From the NCBI GenBank assembly GCA_002245135.1, contig NGBS01000888.1:62001-126000 (forward strand): DNA of 64,000 nucleotides. The letters run 5' to 3'. Under the pieces are notes generated by a model. It worked only from the letters and a program-made list of their open reading frames with translations, was not told the origin of the DNA and did no database searches. Each line of letters starts with the position of its first letter. Within the stretch, counting starts at the first letter, position 1. Positions 55,940 to 64,000 of the stretch are shown here, one piece after another. Origin of the DNA: Proteromonas lacertae (taxonomy: Eukaryota). A program made the translations under genes and the position numbers.

Positions 55940-57258
55940 TCATTCATTAAGATCTAATTTATTCATACAAGCGATATTATCATTTTTGTTACTTAAAAGT
56001 GTTGGAGTAGCAGCAATTCTAGAAGTGAAACCAGCTATATTATCTGAGTTAGATCTTTTGGGTGGATTAAAGCGTATAGGAGAAGAATATTTTCTCATAT
56101 CACTAGAATTCGACATTTGATTAACTGATTGAGTAGATATTGGACTGACATTCTTTTCTAATGATTCTTTCTTTCTGTGAAGTTTGCATGAGTTTAATAT
56201 ATGTCTAAACAAATAAAATTGATAAAAATACCCTTCTGGAGTAAGTTCTGAATCTTCAATCTTATAGTGATGATTTCCTAATGCACATAAAACATAGATT
56301 CCCTTTTCATTGACTTTCCAATCAATACCAGAGGAAAGTAATTCTTGTGCAGTTAGTTGAGTGTGTTGAAGCAACTTATCTAGCAGTTTCACAACTTTTA
56401 ATGACATATTGAAGCTTTATAAATGAGATATGATAAAAAGAAAAAAACAAACGATTATGACACACTAATGTAAATTACATGTCAGATATTTAAAAACCTT
56501 AAAAACACTCAAATCAAATTAATACATCTGTTTAGATAAATTAACCAACAGATTCACATAATTTGGATATAATTTAATAGTATTAAATGAAGTGATCAAT
56601 CCATTCAATAAATGAATATTTTTTGGTTTAATAATTCTTTGTAACATATTAATAGCATCACATTGAATAACTTCTGGATATTGAAATATCATTATGACAT
56701 TATCTCCTAATACATTTACCATTTCATCACAATAACTATTTTGTAAAAATAATGTAAAACAGAAGTAAAGGTGATTCATGCATATATTATTTGGTTTATT
56801 ATTATAAACATATTTCAATCTATCAAATACTACTCTTTCTATATTATTGATCACTTTTAGTTTTAATTCAATTGAAAAACTTAACGCTAATAAATATATT
56901 TTATCATCTACATGTTCTTTATCCAATTTTAATAATGAAACTATATTGTTATGAGTAGAACTATCTTTTGATAAAATATTGAAGTCTTCTTCTATTCATT
57001 ATTACTTATACAATAATTATACTTGATAAATGATATTTATCTTTATTCTCAGTTCCACACATATTAATCAATATCTTGTCGATTGAATTGTAATATGGTT
57101 CTAAAATAAAAAGTGAATATATATATATATATATATTATACGATAAACTATTCTTGGAATTATTATATTCATATTTGAAGCATTATTATAAACTTCATTC
57201 CATATTCCTTAAACCCATAATTAAACACATCAGGATAGTGAATTAAATCTATTCCCAT
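55940..57258 (-). CDS. Hypothetical protein (model unresolved, apparent indels)
   Basis: ORFs 55940-56407 and 56519-56926 plus intron-like gaps. The junction at 56410-56520 cannot be put in frame cleanly. Confidence 0.4.
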
Positions 57259-57294
57259 TGAAAATTTATAATAATTACTATAATGATTATGTAG

Positions 57295-57781
57295 TATACA
57301 ATGGTTATGTACAGAAAGATTGTTATTCAGCCAATCCAAAACCAGAATTTATAAGATATATTTGTGATAAAAAACATATCATTTTGTTATATCTTTTTTT
57401 AAAATAGATTCGTATTAGCATTGTTTTAATTCATTTTAAGCAAATAAATCAGTAGAATATGAAGTGATCGATAAACCTTATGCAATATCAAACAATGAAA
57501 GTATTTGTGAAGTTAAAGTAAGTGGATCAATATTGCATGTTAAGAAATTGAGTGATAAAACATCAAAATTGACATTAAAATTTAAATGTAAACTAAATGG
57601 AACTGTGAGAATAGATGTGGTATATAAAATTGGTAGAAGAGATAGAATTAATAACTCAACTACATTTTCGATATTGAAAGATTGTTACATAAAAAAAAGA
57701 GAAGTGAATGAGATTCACTATTTTGCTATTCCTTCATTGGTTTTAGTTGTTGTTTTATATATTTTATTATTTATTATTTAA
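57295..57781 (+). CDS. Hypothetical protein with hydrophobic C-terminus
   Basis: ORF 57464-57781 plus a probable upstream exon. Start not found. Confidence 0.4.
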
Positions 57782-57869
57782 TAAAGTACTTTAAAATGTT
57801 TTTATACCTCTAATAACAATAAAAAAATATAAATATTACTTTATTACAACTAAATCAATCACAATTATA

Positions 57870-58220
57870 GAATGAGTAATTGCAGAGTTTAAATATATGA
57901 AAAGTGGTAATGTATAGAATATAAACATATGTGATTTCAGTGTCTAAAAGAACAAAATAAGAATATACAACATAAACTCTTAAAAGTCCTGAAGAATTGT
58001 GTGAATTAGAATGTAATGACAAATGTGTAATAATATTACACTTCTCTCATTCAATTCTAATCCTTTATTCCCTCAAAACTGTTTAATAGTATATTATATT
58101 CTCCTATCACAATCTTTTCTGTTTTCTGAAATCACATATCTTTAACTTATAATACACATTATCATTCTTTCAAATATTTAAGAACTCAATCTTCTCCATT
58201 CTACATCCAATAAATGTGAA
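57870..58220. pseudogene. Two decayed pseudokinase fragments in opposite orientation
   Basis: Plus strand ICDF..KSPEELCELECNDKCVI; minus strand KLKICDF..KGLELNERSV; compare KSPEELNGLECKEKSVI in ORF 757-1581. Confidence 0.6.
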
Positions 58221-58660
58221 TGATACAACTTAGATTCTACAAAAAATGCAAAAATACTTATGTATTTGTTTATTGTAAGTCCAACTTTCTATTTGTATTA
58301 CAATTATTAGCTTTATCAACCATTTACACAACCTCTACACTGAAATTCAAATGATTAAACTCAAGCTTTTGAATAAAGCTTGAGTTTTTTTTTCGATTTT
58401 AGAGTGTTATGTATGGGAAATAAAGTAAATTGAATTATGTAGAAAAATATGGTTTTAATATAAATATTTAATTAAGTAACATCTTGATCTTCAATCTCTT
58501 AATTTTCTTCTGTCATCTGTAGTGACAAAACAATCTAAACAGATATATCTATTCTTTTAAATATATCTCACACCATTTTCGTCATATTCGAATCATTAAA
58601 ATGTATTTTGAATAAAAACATTTCATAATAGATTTGAAAAAAGATATTTTATCAAAAATC

Positions 58661-59787
58661 ATGTCTGATTGCATGCCATATTGCTTTTTAGGTAATACAG
58701 GGTTGAAAGTGTCCAGAATTGGATATGGAGCGTGGGTAAGTTTTGGAAGTCAAGTAGATGAAGAATTAGCGTATAAGATAATAAAGAAAGCAATTGATAG
58801 TGGAATAAATTTCTTTGATAATGCAGAAGTGTATAATAAAGGTGTAGCTGAAACTATAATGGGAAAAGTGTTTAAGAGATTGAATTTAAGACGAAGTAGT
58901 TATGTAATTACAACCAAATTGTTTTGGGGAAATACTGAAGATGAAAGTTATCCAAATGACTTTGGTTTATCTCGAAAACATATAATTGAAGGATTAACAG
59001 AGTCTTTGAAAAGATTACAATTAGACTATGTTGATGTGGTATATGCTCATCGTCCTGATATGTATACGCCGATGGAAGAAACTGTAAGAGGTTTTGATTA
59101 TGTAATTAACAAAGGAATGGCGTTATATTGGGGAACAAGTGAATGGAGTGCTGAACAAGTAAGAGAAGCAATAATATCTTTTTTTAAAATATGAATTTGA
59201 TAGTTTTCCTTAATAGACTTGTGTTTAAGAGATTAGTAAGAGATTGGGATTAATTGGTCCAATAGTTGAACAACCACAATATAATATGCTTCATCGTGAA
59301 AAGGTAGAAAAAGAATATTTACGTTTGTATGAAACAGATAAACTTGGTTTAACAATTTGGTCACCTTTAGCCAGTGGTGTATTAACAGGTAAATATAATG
59401 ATGGAATTCCTGAAGGAAGTAGATTGAATTTAAGTGAAATGAAATCATTAAAAGATTCAATATTAGATGGTACAAGATTTGGTAAATTTGAAGATGTTCA
59501 GAAGTTATGCAAAGAGTTAAAGGTGATAAGTGATAAAATAGGATGTAGTGAAGCTCAATTAGCTTTGGCTTGGGTATTAAAGAATGAAAATGTGAGTGTA
59601 ATGTTACTTGGAGCTTCAAAAGTAGAACAGCTTGAAGAAAATATCAAATGTCTTGAAGTATTACCAAAATTAACAAAAGAAGTAATGGAAGATGTATATT
59701 CAATTATTTATTTCATTTTTATAGATTGAAAAGATATTAAAGAATAAACCAACACCTTTCCCAGATTGTAGAACATGGAATAATTAA
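58661..59787 (+). CDS. Aldo-keto reductase, voltage-gated K+ channel beta-subunit (KCNAB/KAB1) type
   Basis: LGNTGLKVS, FFDNAEVY, TTKLFWG, GLSRKHIIEG, AHRPD, YWGTSEWS, EQPQYNM, WSPLASGVLTGKY. Confidence 0.93.
59174..59228 (+). other. U12-type intron with non-canonical AT-AA ends (55 nt)
   Basis: 5' ATATCTTTTT, perfect branch TTCCTTAAT (59206-59214). Only this 3' end restores the family-length helix VREAI|EISKRLGLIGP. Confidence 0.75.
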
Positions 59788-59820
59788 ACTTAATCGCATT
59801 TTATATTTTTATGTTTTCAT

Positions 59821-62800
59821 TTAAAATGGATAAAAATACTTACTACATTTGAGACATCTAACAACATTGGTTGATGGAACTGGAGGATAATTTACAGAGA
59901 GTAAAGGAATTTGTGAAGGATATGGATGATCAGCAAAATATTCATCATAACCAACTAAATCTTCAGGATAATACTTTTCATATTCTTCTAATCTAAGTGA
60001 TTTATTCATCGGCTGAATATAATTTAAACCATTATGATCACATTCATTAAAATCATTATGTTTACTCAGAAATACCATTTTGATTGTTGTTAAAGGAGTA
60101 AATAATAATTCTTTTATAATTCTTCCCCATGAAGACTTCTCTGTTCTATCATCATTGCAGTAATACCAAGGATTATTTTCATCATCATATTGTTCCATAT
60201 TTCTACTATTACTTCTTCTAAAATAACATGTATAATGACCAGCTTCATAAGTACCACAATGCAAAATCACACCATATAAATCATACTTATATGTTTGATT
60301 ATGATTATTACTTAAATTCACATTTGTTGTTAAATTGATAAACTATTTTGATAAAAACGATTAATATAGTATATACTCTTGTTAACTTATTCATATCACC
60401 TGGAATTACAGATTCTATATTCACTAATAAATATTGAGGCATATTATCTGATACAAACATATTTGAATCTAAAATATATAGATGTAAATATTACTAAAAA
60501 TATATACAAACATATGATAAAGTGTTATTTTTACATCTTTTACATTCTCTTTCACTATTTTCTATATCATACAAGCATGATGTGATGATATCTTCCAATG
60601 AGTAACTTTTACTAACATATTCATAATATCTGTTCATAAACAAATATTTATTGTCAATATATTTCACTTGATACATTTCTATATCTTTCATCTTTAAACT
60701 CCCTATTAATTCATTAGATGGTGAATAAACATCCAATTTATGTTTCTCATTTGTGTTTTCTTTCAAATAATTATAAGAATATATATTTCCTTTTTCATAA
60801 TAATCAACTGTTAAGTTTTTATTATCATTATTGTCAATTACTATTTAATAAATATATTATTTATACTAGCAATCATTTTGTTCATATAATAACCGATATA
60901 TCCAATTGATGAATATTTACATTTTGTAATATCTATTCTGATATTAGGTACAGAATAAGATTCATAAATTGACGAAGTTTCATTATTGAGTGATAGTGGA
61001 AATATTGATTTAAAAGAAATACTTGCAACACTATCATAATTCAATTTATGAATATGCAATAAATTTCTATTATTTTGAAATTCAAATAATAATCCATTAC
61101 ATTTACCATTCACATTTGAAAAACTAAAACCATAATTATCTTCATCACCTGATATACCAAATACACCTGTATAATTCTCCATTGTCTTGATATTATTATC
61201 ATAATAATTAAAACAGATTTCATATATTCTACATGGCTTATCAAATCTAATTCGATTCTTTCTATCAAAACTAAAATAATATTCAACACCACATTGAAGA
61301 GGAAGACTATAATATTATAATCTATACATAATAACATACATTTGATTGTAATTCACTATTTCATATCCAGGTAGAACATCTTTCTGTTTATGTAATATTT
61401 TAATGTCTGATGGGATTTTTGAGTATTTTATATTCTTGTTTTGATTGTATATATTCTGCTTTCTATAATATTCTTTTGATATTTCATTTTCTGTTAAACA
61501 ATTTGGTATTATTGGATAATTCTTTTTATAATATAAATACATCTATAAATAATAACATTAATGTTAATAGTTATACATAATCATGTAATTCACATGAATA
61601 TTCATAACCATTTGGAGTTACATTATTATTCTCTAAAACAATTAAATCTGTAATTGGTTCTTCATCATTTTTATAACTACAATAGATTGTTTTACCATTA
61701 AATCTAATCTCTATATCACTCTTATGCTTTCTTTTATCACCAATATATGTTAAATACTTTTCTTTTTTTTCTTTACTTCTTAATACACATAATGCTTCTT
61801 TTATCTAGTATTTTTATAAATCATTGTTAATATTATACATCTTTTTCATAAAATGAACTACAAACATCGAGATATTCTTTATTATTATTATCATTATTGT
61901 TCATAATAGTCAATCTATTTTTTTATTTCTTCCTATTTATAATATATATATATTCATAATTAAGATATACAAAACTCAAGACAATTACATCATATATTGG
62001 AAAAAAATTCTTTGGTAAACTACTATCAAATATGTATTGTTCATTCGCATCATTACTCCTCATATTCCCACATTCCATACAATACACTGATTGACAAACA
62101 TTACTACATAATAATGAAGATATTTCTTTACATGTTGATGGTAAAACATCAGAAACTAAAAATTGAATAAATTCTGATGAATCTTGTTGATTATTCTTTG
62201 TAAATCTATCACCCCCATTTATATTTTTAAGACTTTCGATTATATTATTCGGTAATACACTTGAATATCCTATATCTAATTCATGAAGAACAATAAATAT
62301 ATTCTTTATAACTATTCAAATAATAACATTACTATACAATCATTTGAAGTATTTACTATGTATGATAATTCTAATATTTCATTAGAATGGTATAATGCCT
62401 GTAACGCACTAATCATATAACATGCATTTTGAACTCCAGGTGCATTTGCATTCTTAATACCAACTCTATGATCATTATAATGATTATATATTATTGGTAT
62501 TTCAATTGTTGATCTTTCTTTCTCATTTCCAGTATCTCTTTTACTATTGTTCAAATATATAACAATATATTGATTATACTTTTCATGAAATATCATTTAT
62601 CACCATTTTCTTTTACTTCCAATAAACTTTTGGAATTATGGTCAAATTTACCTTCATAACCATAACGAGTAGATTTTTTTATTCTACCTTTTATTACTTC
62701 ATTTGTCATTAAATAACATCCTTCAAATAAGCTATATTATCATCATCGCATGGTATTGTATGTATGAAAATACGATCTTCAAGTGCAGAACCATATAATC

Positions 62801-63394
62801 CATTTGGATAATGTGATTTTGAGGTTGTAAATAGAATAAATCCACCAATGGTGATGAATTAAAGTATCTCTATTTCATATATATATAACATCAAAATATA
62901 CTATGTACATAGCTGAATATAATTTATTTTGTTGGTATAAAGGTAATCTTTGCATTGTCAAAATTATCAACTTTTTTATATATTCATCCATTTGTTTATT
63001 ATTTACACTATACATTACATAATATATTATTTATACTATGTTCTTATTATTGAAAACAAATAACTAATAAAATTAACACTAATCAAAACTTCTGAGTCTA
63101 TTATTGGATATTTTAACAACATAATCAATGCTTCAGCACATTCATTACATAAACCCAGTATTATATTGTTGAAGTAAGACAATCTTTGCATATAGGATAG
63201 GAATTAAACATCTCGCAAGATATTGGAATTTTCTCCACATTCCATATCTGTTTAATACACTAAATGTTCTATTTAAGTCATCTTTACTCATAGACCAAAG
63301 CATATTAGTAAATTGATTTTGGTTTGGGCTACATTCACTGATTTTAATTAATTCATCAATATAATAAATTCACTAAAGTCTCTATATTATCCAT
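59821..63394 (-). CDS. Ubiquitin-specific protease (USP/C19) with N-terminal extension; several apparent indels
   Basis: Cys box NACYMISALQAL, QQDSSEF, His box YDLYGVILHCGTYEAGHYTCY, WYYCNDD. Confidence 0.8.
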
Positions 63395-63688
63395 ATTTAC
63401 AAAAAATAGAAAATGAGCAAGCTTAAGCTTGAATTTTTATTTTACATAACTCACCATAGTTTGCACATAAAGAAGAATGAATTATTTTTTTATATATTAT
63501 TTAACTAGTGAGAATTTTGAATAGTAAGTTAAAGTGTTATTTCTACAATTAACACTTTAGTTATCATTTCTTTAATAGAATATATGATTATTTATTTTAT
63601 ATTATGATGATGAAATTCTTCTATAACGAAATAAAATTATGAATTTCTCATAACTATTATTTCACTAAAACATAATTATTCATTCAAT

Positions 63689-63962
63689 CTATCCAACTGT
63701 TGGTGGAATTACTACCTTATTGGCACTATCAAATACTACTCGAACTCTGTCCATACGATAATCCATTGTAGCTGGTTGATTCTATTTAATTTAAATATCA
63801 TTCTTTTAATAACATACTTCACCTAATTCACTACATTCAAAGATGGGTTTTGTTCTTTGATTAGTCTTACTACTTCATCAGCATCATGACCAACTAAATC
63901 TGGCCAACTATATGTAAATATAACATAACTCAATACCTATTTTGTGAAGCTTCTGAAGACAT
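63689..63962 (-). CDS. Potato inhibitor I family protein, copy 2
   Basis: Has the canonical ..NKVVIPPTVG* tail, but a 1-nt deletion in exon 2 near 63827. Confidence 0.82.
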
Positions 63963-64000
63963 CTGTAATTAAGAAAATCAAAGATTTTAAAATCTAAAAT

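Noticed and set aside
387..60909. Many short antisense ORFs in the ORF track
   Set aside because: They are shadows of real genes on the opposite strand and have no independent motifs.
59821..63394. Programmed frameshifting or pseudogene status for USP and other broken ORFs (also near 25451, 34662, 42866)
   Set aside because: The breaks are mostly 1-nt homopolymer indels with intact catalytic motifs, more simply explained as long-read consensus errors.
1..64000. Alternative genetic code (stop-codon reassignment)
   Set aside because: In-frame stops in conserved genes are removed by introns, and TAA, TAG and TGA all terminate genes.
1..64000. Blastocystis-type stop codons completed by polyadenylation
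   Set aside because: The traced genes have genomic stops and no convincing stop-less 3' end with TGTTTGTT was found. This cannot be tested without transcripts.

Overview
This is very AT-rich, gene-dense eukaryotic nuclear DNA with about 35 genes. Most are split by very short (about 22-40 nt) GT-AG introns, often with (TA)n tracts, and intergenic gaps can be under 50 bp. Tiny introns, minor-type introns, a Twinkle gene and a Sig1/mastigoneme-like EGF protein suggest a Blastocystis-like or related opalinatan stramenopile (inference only). Recognisable genes are Twinkle, a rhomboid protease, two inverted FN3 paralogues, SOSS-B/NABP, BTB-Kelch, tRNA-Leu(CAG), a Rab5-like GTPase, DPH1, WDR24, HMG-box, a Kv-beta aldo-keto reductase, a USP deubiquitinase and two copies of a potato-inhibitor-I gene missed by the ORF track. 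Main observations: (1) an unusually dense second intron class, mostly about 51-55 nt, starting ATATC and carrying U12-type branch sites; three read AT-AC and one is best explained as AT-AA. (2) A patchwork of near-identical inverted duplications, including 6.8-kb arms, whose breakpoints cut genes yet leave a full-length copy of each. (3) Gene-conversion tracts between the inverted FN3 paralogues. (4) A shared 16-18 nt upstream motif before three unrelated genes. Several 1-nt homopolymer frameshifts suggest imperfect long-read polishing, so pseudogene calls are tentative.
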